From the NCBI GenBank assembly GCA_030390025.1, contig JASTWF010000339.1, forward strand, positions 1-64,000: a stretch of DNA of 64,000 bases, read 5' to 3'. Position numbers and translations under genes: made by a program. Shown one piece after another: positions 12,119-24,874 of the stretch. A model generated the notes under the pieces. That model searched no databases. It was not told the origin of the DNA and was given only the letters and a program-made list of their open reading frames with translations. The first letter of the stretch is position 1, and every line of letters starts with the position of its first letter. The stretch is from Squalus acanthias (taxonomy: Eukaryota).

Positions 12119-12435
12119 CACAGCAAACAGACAGTTTAACAGACTGTCCCTGGTCCACTCTAACCCCCACCTTCTCTCTCTCTCACTATTCATGGACACT
12201 GCTGCAGTAATTGCTCCTCTGACCTTTCCTCTCTTGTCCCTCCTACACCCCTAATACACGGCCCGACACAATCTCCCTCCCCCTGCATCCTCACTGTGCT
12301 GGAATCCACACCAGTCTCCCCATCTGCTCCTTGTTCTCTCCCTGGATCCGAAAACTACTGAACTCAGTCTTCCCTCCTGAAGTCTACAGGCTCGAAAACT
12401 GAAGCTTGGTGTCCCTCAGTCCCTACTCCTCCCCT

Positions 12436-12765
12436 TCTCTCCTCCTCTTTTCCCCCGGGGTGTGACCACACTCTGGGCCTTGGGCCTTGCCCGGGGATTC
12501 TCAGTATGAACAGGTGGGGAGTGTTTTGAGACAGGGTGTCCCCGCTGTCCTCTTTTCCCCCGGGGTGTGTCCACACTCTGGGCCTTGGGCCTTGCCCGGG
12601 AATTCTCAGTATGAACAGGTGGGGTGTGTTTTGAGACAGGGTGTCCCCGCTCTCCTCCTCTTTTCTCCCGGGGTGTGTCCACACTCTGGGCCTTGGGCTT
12701 GCCCAGGGATTCTCAGTATGAACAGGTGGGGTGTGTTTTGAGACAGGGTGTCCCCGCTCTCCACC
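12436..12765. repeat. ~105-108-bp tandem repeat x3
   Basis: GGGGTGTG.CCACACTCTGGGCCTTGGGC...CAGTATGAACAGGTGGGG recurs at ~12457, 12562 and 12670. Confidence 0.9.
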
Positions 12766-12868
12766 TTTAAAGGGACAAGGAGATGACCAGCTGGGCTGAA
12801 TGGCCCTGCTTTATGACATCACTGCAGTGCCTAGCAACCAACCTCCCTGAGCCCTGCTCATTATGGGC

Positions 12869-13388
12869 TGGCAGTGTTTGATGGGACAGTGTAGAGGGAG
12901 CTTTACTCTGTATCTAACCCGTGCTGTACCTGCCCTGGCACTGTTTGATGGGACAGTGTAGAGGGAGCTTTACTCTGTATCTAACCCATGCTGTACCTGC
13001 CCTGGCACTGTTTGATGGGACAGTGTAGAGGGAGCTTTACTCTGTATCTAACCCATGCTGTACCTGCCCTGGGATTGTTTAATGGGACAGTGTAGAGGGA
13101 GCTTTACTCTGTATCTAACCCGTGCTGTACCTGCCCTGGCACTGTTTGATGGGACAGTGTAGAGGGAGCTTTACTCTGTATCTAACCCGTGCTGTACCTG
13201 CCCTGGGAGTGTTTAATGGGACAGTGTAGAGGGAGCTTTACTCTGTATCTAACCCGTGCTGTACCTGCCCTGGCAGTGTTTGATGGGACAGTGTAGAGGG
13301 AGCTTTACTCTGTATCTAACCCGTGCTGGACCTGCCCTGGCAGTGTTTGATGGGACAGTGTAGAGGGAGCTTTACTCTGTATCTAATC
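12869..13388. repeat. 67-bp minisatellite (~7.7 copies)
   Basis: Unit GGCAGTGTTTGATGGGACAGTGTAGAGGGAGCTTTACTCTGTATCTAACCCGTGCTGTACCTGCCCT; a single decayed unit lies at ~39283-39341. Confidence 0.95.
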
Positions 13389-14069
13389 CAGACTCTTTGT
13401 GTCCTGCTGGTGGGTGGCTGCTCATTATCCTCGGTGTGATTTAATCCCCTTTCCCACTGAATACTGCGGACAGACAGGCTCACCTTGGCAACGGAATGGT
13501 CATTGTGACATCACTTTCTAAACAAGAGCCCACAAGACAATGGGTTATCAATAAATATTAAAGGGATTCAACGCTCTGAAGTTACACTGTGAATAAAGGA
13601 AATAAAATGCTGATCAATAATGGCTGAAGATAATGATTTCTCTCTGTGGAATGTGCTTGCACACATTAAGAATGACGAGCTTTGTACACACACACACAGC
13701 AAACACTTTGTGAGGCTCTTTTCAGTTGTTGCTTTGAGCCCGCTGTATGGTATTTTACACGGTGAGCAATAGGACCCTGCGGCCGCCCATCCGGCGGTGC
13801 TGTGAGGTCACGGTTCCAGGCTCTGTCTCACCCAATCAGTGGGTGCCGTCAAAGCTCAATAGAAAATACTGCAGCAAAAACAATCCTGAACATTCACAAA
13901 CTGGGAGCAATCGGCACAGCACAACACAAGTGTGAATTAGTAAACTTTAGCACACAGAGTCTGTCACTAATTAGTACAAAGTGCAGGGCACTATTGCTCA
14001 CCTTCAGTCCTGTCCCTCAATCCCAGCTCATCTCTGGGGGATTGTTACAAGGTTCACCCCGTCCTTCCC

Positions 14070-15445
14070 CGGTAGTGGGGAAAATGCTACAGTCCATTAT
14101 AAAAGATGTAATAGCAGAGCACTTGGAAAACAGTGACAGGATCGGACAAAGTCAACATGGATTTACAAAAGGTAAATCGTGCTTGACTAATCTACTGGAA
14201 TTTTTTGAGGATGTAACTGGCAGAATAGATAAGGGAGAACCAGTGGATGTGGTGTATTTGGACTTTCAAAAGGCTTTCGATAAGGTCCTGCATAAGAGAT
14301 TAGCGTGTAAAGTTAAGGCACATGGGATTGCGGGCAAGGTATTGACTTGGATAGAGAACTGGTTGGCAGACAGAAAGCAAAGAGTTGGAATAAACGGGTC
14401 TTTTTCCGAGTGGCAGGCAGTGACTAGTGGGGTACCGCAGGGATCGGTCCTTGGACCCCAGCTATTCACAATATATATCAATGATCTAGACGAGGGAACG
14501 AGATGCAATATCTCCAAGTTTGCAGACGACACAAAACTGGGTGGGCGTGTGTGCTGCGAGGAGGATGCCGAGAAACTCCAGGATGATTTGGACAGGTTGG
14601 GTGATTGGGCAGAAGCATAGCAGATGCAATATAACGTGAATAAATGCGAGGTTATCCACTTTGGTGTCGAATACAGGAAGGCAGATTATTATCTGAATGG
14701 CAATAGATTGGGGGAAGGGGAAGTGCAAAGAGACCTGGGTGTCCTTGTGCACCAGTCGCTGAAGGTAAGCATGCAGGTGCAGCAGACGGTTAAGAAGGCA
14801 AATGGTATGTTGGCCTTTGTAGCGAGAGGGTTTCAGTAGAGGAACAAGGATGTCTTGCTGCAGTTGTACAGGGCCTTGGTGAGACCACATCTTGAGTATT
14901 GTGTTCAGTTTTGGTCGCCTTATCTGAGGAAGGAGGTTCTTGCCATGGAAGGAGTTCAGCAAAGATTCACCAGGCTGATACCTGGGATGACATATGAGGA
15001 GAGATTGGGTCAATTGGGATTATACTCGCTGGAGTTTAGAAGAATGAGAGGGGATCTCATTGAAACTTATAAAATTCTGAAAGGACTGGACAGACTAGAT
15101 GCAGGAAGGATGTTCCCGATGGTCGGGGAGTCCAGAACCAGGGGTCACAGTCTAAGGATAAGGGGTAAGCCATTTAGGACAGAAATGAGGAGGAATTTCT
15201 TCACCCAGAGAGTGGTGAACCTGTGGAATTCTCTACCACAGAAGGCAGTAGAGGCCAAGTCAGTAAATATATTCAAGAAGGAGTTGGATATATTTCTTAA
15301 GGCTAAAGGGATCAAGGGATACGGGGAGAAAGCAGGGACAGGGTTCTGAATTTGGATGATCAGCCATGATCTCATTGAATGGCGGAGCAGGCTAGAGGAG
15401 CCAAATGGCCTACTCCTGCTCCTATCTTCTATGTTTCTATGTTTC
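14070..15445 (+). mobile_element. CR1 LINE, 5'-truncated RT region with nonsense codons
   Basis: [34 protein letters not shown] stops at 14618 and 14837; tail (TTCTATGT)n. Confidence 0.95.
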
Positions 15446-17546
15446 AACACAGATATTACCCACATAATCCCACGTCAATTAGACATTGCACACAGCTTCT
15501 GATAGTTATTAACAAGACTAAACCTATGCTTCGAACCAAAAAATTATTGCATCCTCCCACCCACTAAAACATATGTCTTTATTTATATTAATGTCTGTCT
15601 GTCTATCTATGAATGAAAGACAGGATCTGGTACAGTAATAACTGAGACAGGGTCTCGTAAAGTAATAACTGAGACAGGGTCTCGTGTAATATAAACAGAG
15701 ACAAGGTCTAATGTAATATAAACAGAGACGAGGTCGAGTGTAATATAAACAGAGACAAGGTCTAGTGTATTATAAACAGAGACAGGGTCTAGTGTAATAT
15801 AAACAGAGACGGGGTCTAGTGTAATATAAACAGAGCCCGGGTCTAGTGTAATATAAACAGAGACGGGGTCACGTGTAATATAAACAGAGACGGGGTCTAG
15901 TGTATTATAAACAGAGACGGGGTCTAGTGTAATATAAACAGAGACGTGGCCTAGTGTAATATAAACAGAGATGGGGTCTAGTGTAATATAAACAGAGACG
16001 GGGTCTAGTGTAATATAAACAGAGACGGGGTCTAGTGTAATATAAACAGAGATGGGGGTCTAGTGTAATATAAACAGAGACGGGGTCGAGTGTAATATAA
16101 AAAGAGATGGGGTCTAGTGCAATATAAACAGAGACGGGGTCTAGTGTAATATAAACAGAGACTGGGTGTTGTAATATGCACAGAGACAGGGTCGAGTGTA
16201 ATATAAACAGAGAGGGGACCTAGTGTAATATAAACAGAGACGGGGTCTAGTGCAATATAAACAGAGATGGGGTCCAGTGTAATACAAACAGGGACAGGGT
16301 CTAGTGTAATATAAACAGAGACCGGGTGTTGTAATATACACAGAGACAGGGTCCAGTGTAATATAAACAGAGATGGGGTCCAGTGTAATATAAACAGAGA
16401 CAGGGTCCAGTGTAACATAAACAAAGATGGGGTCTAGTGTAATATAAACAGAGATGGTGTCTAGTGTAATATAAATAGAGACGGGGACTAGTGTAATATA
16501 AACAGAGACGGGGCCTAGTGTAATATAAACAGAGACCGGGTGTTGTAATATACACAGAGACAGGGTCTAGTGTAATATAAACAGAGACAGGGTCTGGTGA
16601 AATATAAACAGAGACAGGGTCTGGTGAAATATAAACAGAGACAGGGTCTGGTGCAATATAAACAGAGACAGGGTCTGGTGTAATATAAACAGAGAAAGGG
16701 TCTGGTGTAATATAAACAGAGACAGGGTCCAGTGTAATATAAACAGAGACAGGGCCTAGTGTAATAAACAGAGACAGGGTCTAGTTTAATATAAACAGAG
16801 ACAGGGTCTAGTGTAACATAAACAGAGACAGGGTCCAGTGTAAAATAAACAGAGACAGGGTCTAGTCTAATATAAACAGAGACAGCGTCTAGTGTAATAT
16901 AAACAGAGACAGCGTCTAGTGTAATATAAACAGAGACAGGGTCTAGTGTAATATAAACAGAGACAGTGTCTCGTGTAATATAAACAGTGATGTGGTCTGG
17001 TGTAATATAAACAGAGACAGGTCGAGTGCAATATAAACTAAGACAGGGCCCAGTGCAATATAAACAGAGACAGGGTCTAGTGTAAAATAATCAGAAAAAG
17101 TTCTGGTGCAATAATAACTGAGACAGGGTCTAGTGTAATATAAACTGAGACAGGGTCTAGTGTAATATCCACAGGGACAGGGTCTAGTGTAAAATAAAAA
17201 GAGATAGTATCTAGTCTTCTATAAACAGAGACAGGGTCTAATGTAATATAAACAGTGACAGGTTGTAGAGTAATATAAACAGAGTAGGGTCTAGTGTAAT
17301 ATAAACAGAGACAGGGTCTAGTGTAATATAAACAGAGACAGGGTCTAGTGTAATATAAACAGAGACGGGGTCCAGTGTAATTTAATCAGAGATCGGGTCT
17401 AGTGTAATATAAACAGAGACATTGTCTAGTGCAATATAAACGGAGACAGTGTCTCATGTAATATAAACAGAGCCAGGGTCTTATGTAATATCAACAGAGA
17501 CAGGGTATAGTGTAATAAAAACAGAGACAGGGTCTAGTGTAATATA

Positions 17547-17679
17547 ATAGCAAAATACTGCAGATGCTGGAAATCCGAAATAACAACAGAAAACGCTGGA
17601 AAAACTCAGCAGGCCAGGCAGCATCCGTAGAGAGAGAAAGAGAGTTGACGTTTCAGGTCGATGACCTTTCAATCAGAAC
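17547..17679 (-). mobile_element. Short 3'-terminal fragment of a second Penelope-like family, inserted in the satellite
   Basis: Matches the 3' end of the PLE remnant at 53845-53975 (GATGCTGCCTG.CCTGCTGAGT...CCAGC.TTTTCTGTTGTTATT); carries a damaged hammerhead-like core CTGATTGA-AGGTCATCGACCT-GAAACGT. Confidence 0.7.
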
Positions 17680-19480
17680 AGGATCTGGTGCAATATTAAC
17701 AGAGACGGGGTCCAGTGTATTATGAACAGAGACCGGGTCTATTTTAATATAAACAGAGACATGGTCTAGTGTAATATAAGCAGAGACAGGGTCAGGTGTA
17801 ATATAAACAGAGAAAGAATCTAGTGTAATATGAAGAGATACAGGGTCTAGTGTAATATAAAAAGAGACAGGGTCTAGTGTAAAATAAACAGCGATGGGGA
17901 CTAGTGTAATTCAAACAGAGATATGGTCTTGTGTAACAGAAACAGAGACTGGGTCAAGTGTAATATAAACAGAGACAAGGTCTCGTTTAATCTAAACAGA
18001 AACCGGGTCTATTGTAATATACACAGAGACAGGGTCTTGTGTAAAACAAACAGAGATAGTGTCTAGTCTTCTATAAACAGAGACAGGGTCTAATGTAATA
18101 TAAACAGTGACAGGTTGTAGAGTAATATAAACAGAGTAGGGTCTAGTGTAATATAAACAGAGACAGTGTCTAGTGTAATATAAACAGAGACGGGGTCCAG
18201 TGTAATATAATCAGAGATCGCGTCTAGTGTAATATAAACAGAGACATTGTCTAGTGCAATATAAACAGAGACAGTGTCTCGTGTAATATAAACAGAGACA
18301 GGGTCTTATGTAATATCAACAGAGACAGGGTCGAGTGTAATATAAGCAGAGACAGGGTCTAGTGTACTATAAACAGAGACAGGATCGAGTGTAATATAAG
18401 CAGAGACAGCGTTTAGTGTAATATAAACAGAGACAGGGTCTAGTGTAATATAAACAGAGACAGGGTCTAGTGTAATATAAACAGAGACAGGGTCTAGTGT
18501 AATATAAACAGAGACAGAGTCTAGTGTAATATAAACAGAGACAGGTTCTCGTGTAATATAAACTGAGACAGGGTCTCGTGTAATTTAAACAGTGATGGGG
18601 TCCAGTGTAATATAAACAGAGACGGGGTCCAGTGTAATATAATCAGAGATCGCGTCTAGTGTAATATAAACAGAGACATTGTCTAGTGCAATATAAACAG
18701 AGACAGTGTCTCGTGTAATATAAACAGAGACAGGGTCTTATGTAATATCAACAGAGACAGGGTCGAGTGTAATATAAGCAGAGACAGGGTCTAGTGTACT
18801 ATAAACAGAGACAGGATCGAGTGTAATATAAGCAGAGACAGCGTTTAGTGTAATATAAACAGAGACAGGGTCTAGTGTAATATAAACAGAGACAGGGCTC
18901 GTGTAATATAACCAGAAACCGGGTCTTTTGTAATATCCACAGGGACAGGGTCTAGTGTAATATAAACAGAGACAGTGTCGAGTGTAATATAAGCAGAGAC
19001 AGCGTTTAGTGTAATATAAACAGAGACAGGGTCTAGTGTAATATTAACAGAGACAGGGTCTAGTGTAATATAAACAGAGACAGGGTCAGGTATAATATAA
19101 ACAGAGAAAGAGTCTAGTGTAATACAAAGAGATACAGGGTCTAGTGTAAAATAAGCACAGGCAGTGTCTAGTGTAAAATAAACAGCGACGGGGTCTAGTG
19201 TAATTCAAACAGAGACAGGGTCTAGTGAAATATAAACAGAGACAGGGTCTAGTGTAATTCAAACAGAGACAGGGTGTAGTGAATTATAAACAGAGACTGG
19301 GTCAAGTGTAAAATAAACAAAGACAGGGTCTAGTGTAATATAAACAGAGACAGAGTCTCGTGTATTATAAACATAAACCGGCTCTATTGTAAAATATACA
19401 GCGACAGGGTCTAGTGTAATAGAAACAGAGACTGGGTCAAGTGTAATATAAACAGAGACAGGGCTGGTGTAATATAAACA

Positions 19481-19953
19481 GGCGGCCTTCGAGACACACG
19501 ACAATGCAAAATCATCGAGCAGAAACTGATAGCCAAGTTCCGCACCCATGAGGACGGCCTCAATTGGGATCTCGGGTTCATGTCACGCTACAGAACGTGA
19601 CTCGACATCGTTGTCTGTCTTCCCCGTTTAAAAAAAAAAACAAAAAAAAAAGGTTAAAAACTCAACGACAGACAGCAGGATTTGAGACGTTGGACCCCCT
19701 GTGACCCATCTCATTGTCTTGGCTGTGCTCTGGTGTGTCTTTGATGTAATGCATCCCTGAAAGATTGTATCTCTGCAGTTTCTGTGTTTATATACTGTGC
19801 AATATTGTAGAATCCCACATTGTACCTTTACCTGACAAAGGGGCAGCAGCTCCGAAAGCTTGTTATTTTAAATAAATCTGTTGGACTATAACGTGGTGTT
19901 GTGCGACTTCTCATTTTTGTCCACCCCAGTCCAACACCGGCATCTCCGCATCA
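19481..19953 (+). mobile_element. 5'-truncated Penelope-like element (end of GIY-YIG + 3' terminal region)
   Basis: Encodes KIIEQKLIAKFRTHEDGL...GFMSRYRT*; ends ...GGCATCTCCGCATCA; TAATATAAACA is duplicated at 19470-19480 and 19954-19964. Confidence 0.92.
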
Positions 19954-22036
19954 TAATATAAACAGAGACAAGGTCTCGTGTAATATAAACAGAAACCGGG
20001 TCTATTGTAATATAAACAGAGAGAGGGTCTAGTGTAAAACAAACAGAGATAGGGTCCAGTCTTATATAAACAGAGACAGGATCTAGTGTAATATAAACGG
20101 AGACAGGTTCTCGTGTAATATAAACAGAGACGGGGTCTAGTGTAATATAAACAGAGACAGGTTCTCGAGTAATATAAACAGAGACAGGGTCTAGTGTCAA
20201 ATAAACAGAGACAGGGTCTAGTGTAATATAAACAGAGACTGGGTCTAGTGAAATATAAACAGAGACAGGGTCAGGTATAATATAAACAGAGAGAGAGAGA
20301 GAGTCTAGCGTATTATAAAGAGATACAGGGTCTAATGTAATATAAACAGAGGCAGTGTCTAGTGTAAAATTACCAGCGACGGGGTCTACTGTAATTCAAA
20401 CAGAGACAGGGTCTAGTGTAATATAAACAGAGACTGGGTCAAGTGTAATATAAACAGAGACAGGTTATCGTGTAATATAAACAGAGACAGGGTCTAGTGT
20501 AATATAAACAGAGACAGGGTCCAGTGCAGAATAAAAAGAGACAGGGTCTACTGTAATATAAACAGAGACAGGTCGAGTGCAATATAAACTGAGACAGGGC
20601 CCAGTGCAATATAAACAGAGACAGGGTCTAGTGCAATATCCACAGGGACAGGGTCTAGTGCAAAATAAACAGAGATGATGTGTAGTCTTATATAAAGAGA
20701 GACAGGGTCTAATGTAATATAAACAGTGACAGGTTATAGAGTAATTTAAACAGAGTAGGGTCTAGTGTAATATAAACAGAGACGGGGTCCAGTGTAATAT
20801 AATCAGAGATCGGGTCTAGTGTAATATAAACAGAGACATTTTCTAGTGCAATATAAACAGAGACAGTGTCTCGTGTAATACAAACAGAGACAGGGTCTTA
20901 TGTAATATCAACAGAGACAGGGTATAGTGCAATATAAACAGTGACAGGGTCGAGTGTAATATAAGCAGAGACAGCGTTTAGTGTAATATAAACAGAGACA
21001 GGGTCAGGTATAATATAAACAGAGAGAGAGAGAGTCTAGTGTAATATAAAGAGATACAGGGTCTAATGTAATATAATCAGAGGCAGTGTCTAGTGTAAAA
21101 TTAACAGCGACGGGGTCTAGTGTAATTCAAACAGAGATAGGGTCTAGTGTAATATAAACAGAGACTGGGTCTAGTGTAATATAAACAGAGACAGGTTCTC
21201 GTGTAATATAAACAGAGACAGGGTCTCGTGTAATATAAACAGAGACAGGGTCTTGAGTAATATAAAAAGAGAAATGGTCTAGTGTAATATAAACAGAGAC
21301 AGGGTCTAGTGTAAAATAAACAGAGACAGGGTCTAGTGTAATTAAACAGAGACAGGGTCCAGTGTAATATAAACAGAGACAGGGTCTAGTGTAATATAAA
21401 CAGAGACAGGTTCTCGTGTAATATAAACAGAGACCGGGTCTCGTGTAATATAAACAGTGATGGTGTCTAGTGTATTATAAACAGAGACAGGGTCTAGTGT
21501 AATATAAACAGAGACAGGTTCTCGTGTAATATAAACAGAGACAGGTTCTCGTGTAATATAAACAGAGACAGGGTCTAGTGTAATATAAACAGAAACAGTT
21601 CTGGTGCAGTAATAACTGAGACAGGGTCTAGTGTAATAAAAACAGAGACAGGGTCTAGTGTAATATAAACTGTTACAGGGTCTAGTGCAATATAAAAGAG
21701 ACAGGGTCGAGTGTAATACAAACAGAGACATGGTCTCGTGTAATAGAAAGTTAGACTGGGTCTAGTGTAATATAAACAGAGACAGGGCTGGTGTAATATA
21801 ACCGGAGACAGGGTCTCGTGAAATATAAACAGAAACCGGGTCTATTGTTATATAAACAGAGACAGGGTCTAGTGTAATATACACAGAGACAGGGACTAGT
21901 GTAATATCCACAGGGACAGGTTCGAGTGTAATATAAGCAGAGACAGCGTTTAGTGTAATATAAACAGAGACAGGTTCTAGTGTAATATTAACAGAGACAT
22001 GGTCTAGTATAATACTCCACATCATAGTATAATATA

Positions 22037-24873
22037 AGAAGTCGCACAACACCAGGTTATAGTCCAACAGATTTATTTAAAATTACAAGCTATTGGAGCT
22101 GTCGCTCCTTCTTCAGGTAGGGTAGCTGTGAGAGAATCTCCCAGAATTCACAATATAAACACAGAAAAAATGTATTCAAATCTTTCCCTACATCAAAGAC
22201 ACACTAAGAGCACAGCCAAGACAATGAGATGTGTCCCAGGGGGGCTGCATATCCTCTCCATTTGTATTAGGTTCTTGTGTTAGTTTTTTTTAAAAAAAAA
22301 CCTGGAAAGACCGGCCATGATGTCAAGTCACGTTCTGTATCGTGACATGAACCCGATATCGCGATTGAGGCCATCCTCATGAGTGCGGAACTTGGCTATC
22401 AGTTTCTGCTCTATGATTTTGCGCTGTCGTGTATCCCGAAGGCCGCCTTGGAGAACTCTTACCCGCAGATCCGAGGCTGAATGCCCCTGACTGCTGAAGT
22501 GTTCCCCGACTGGGAGGCAACCCTCCTGCCTGGCGATTGTTGCGCGGTGTCCGTTCATACGTTGTCTCAGTGTCTGCATGGTCTCGCCGATGTACCATGC
22601 TCTGGGGCATCCTTTCCTGCAACGTATGAGGTAGACAACGTTGGCCGAGTCACATGAGTATGTACCATGTACCTGGTGGGTAGTGTCCTCACGTGTGATG
22701 ATGGTATCTGTGTCCATGATCTGGCATGTCTTGCAGAGGTTGCTGTGGCAGGGTTGTGTGGTGTCGTGGTTGCTGTTCTCCTGAAAGATGGGTAATCTGC
22801 TGCGAACGATGGTACTTTTGAAGTTAGGCGGCTGCTTGAAGGCGAGTAGTGGAGGCGTGGGGATGGCCTTAGCAAGGTGTTCGCCGTCATCGATGACATG
22901 TTGAAGGCTGCGAAGAACATGGCGTAGTTTTTCCGCTCCGGGGAAGTACTGGACGACGTAGGGTACTCTGTTGGTTGTGTCCCGTGTTCATCTTCTGAGG
23001 AGGTCTATGCGGTTTTTCGCTGTGGCCCGTCGGAACTGTCGATCGACGAGTCGAGCGTCATATCCCGTTCTTACGAGGGCATCTTTCAGTGTCCGTAGGT
23101 GTCCATCGCGTTCCTCCTCGTCTGAGCAGATCCTGTGTATTCGCAGGGCTTGTCCATAGGGGATGGCTTCTTTAACGTGATTAGGGTGGAAGCTGGAGAA
23201 GTGGAGCATCGTGAGGTTGTCCGTGGGCTTGCGGTAGAGTGAAGTGCTGAGGCGTCCGTCTTTGATGGAGATTCGTGTGTCCAAGAATGAAACCGATTCT
23301 GAGGAGTAGTCCATGGTGAGTTTGATGGTGGGATGGAACCTGTTGATGCTATCGTGTAGTCCTTTCAGTGATCCTTCGCCGTGGGTCCAAAGGAAGAAGA
23401 TGTCGTCGATGTATCTGGTGTACAGCGTTGGTTGGAGGTCCTGTGCAGCGAAGAAGTCTTGCTCGAACTTGTGCATGAAGATGTTGGCGTATTGGGGTGC
23501 GAATTTGGTCCCCATGGCTGTTCCGTGTGTTTGGGTAAAAAAATGGTTGTCGAAGGTGAAGACATTGTGGTCAAGGATGAAGCGGATGAGTTGTAGGATG
23601 GCATCCGGAGATTGGCTGTTGTTGGTGTTGAGTACTGAGGCTGTCGCAGCGATGCCGTCATTGTGGGGGATATTGGTGTAGAGTGCCGATACGTCCATCG
23701 TGACGAGGAGTGTTCCTGGTTCAACTGGTCCATGGGTGCTGAGTTTCTGCAAGAAGTCTGTAGTGTCGCGACAGAAGCTGGGGGTTCCCTGTACGATGGG
23801 TTTCAGGATGCCCTCGACGTACCCAGAGAGGTTCTCACACAGGGTTCCGTTGCCTGATACGATAGGACGTCCGGGTGTGTTGGCTTTGTGTATCTTTGGG
23901 AGGCAGTAAAAGTCTCCTACGCGGGGAGTATGTGGGATGAGAGCGCGTAGGATGTTTTGAAGGTCTGGATCGAAGGTCTTGATCAGTCTATTGAGTTGGC
24001 GGGTGTGTTCTTTGGTCGGATCTGCGGGTAGCTGTCTGTAGTGTTCCTGGTTGTCCAGTTGTCGGTATGCTTCTTTGCAATGGTCCATTCTGTTCTGTAT
24101 GACAATGGCTCCTCCTTTGTCCGCTGGTTTGATGACGATGTTGCGGTTGGTCTTGAGAGCGTGGATGGCGTTGCGTTGTGCTCGGGTGACATTCTGGACT
24201 GTCTTGTGAGTACGGCTGATGAATCTGGCGTTGATGCATTTCCTGACAGCTTGAGCATACATGTCAAGCTTAGGGTTGCGACCCTCCGGAGGGGTCCAAT
24301 TTGACTCTTTCTTCCTCGGTTGTAGCACTGCGGTTCCCTCTGTCTGCTGTTCCGGATCATTGATTGTCTCATTAGGAATGTTGCTGACATCTTGGGATTT
24401 GTGGTAGTATTCCCAGATCCTCATTCTCCTGATGAATTCCTCTGTGTCTGCCGCGAGACCGATGGGGTCCATTTTTGTGGTGGGGCAGAACTTGAGCCCT
24501 AGGGCGAGAACTTCGATTTCGTCTGGTTGAAGGGTGTGGTCCGACAGGTTGACGATGGACTTCCCTGTGGTTGCAACCGTGGTACCGGGGGAGGCTTGGT
24601 TGCAGCTGGTGGTTACGCCGAGTTTCTCAAGCTTCCTGTTCTTGATGCGCATGTAGGCAGCGTAGTTCCGTTGCCTCGTCTGTTTGGCGGTGTCTCGTAG
24701 CTGGTCTGCTGTGTCCTGAGCACAGGCTGAGAGCATGGACTCTATCTTGGTTTCGAGGTTGCGACGTCTGCTGTAGAGCTGGTGTACGAGATGGTTGAGG
24801 AGTGTGCGAGAGGTACGACGGCAAAGTCTCTCAGCGTAGTCTGTGTTGTATGTCGACTTGAGTGGGTTCGTGA
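22037..24873 (-). mobile_element. Penelope-like element, inverted (left) arm; RT + GIY-YIG with one nonsense codon
   Basis: ORFs 22988..24736 and 22328..22717 are in the same frame, separated by a CGA>TGA change at 22988-22990; reverse complement of 24936-27795. Confidence 0.96.
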
Positions 24874-24874
24874 C

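Noticed and set aside
13750..14069. N-terminal extension of ORF 13802..14620
   Set aside because: Non-homologous flank that happens to be in frame with a 5'-truncated CR1 RT.
24782..24873. N-terminus MYEMVEECARG... of the 899-aa ORF as the true start
   Set aside because: It is the antisense of the inverted arm read through the junction; the native PLE 5' end is missing.
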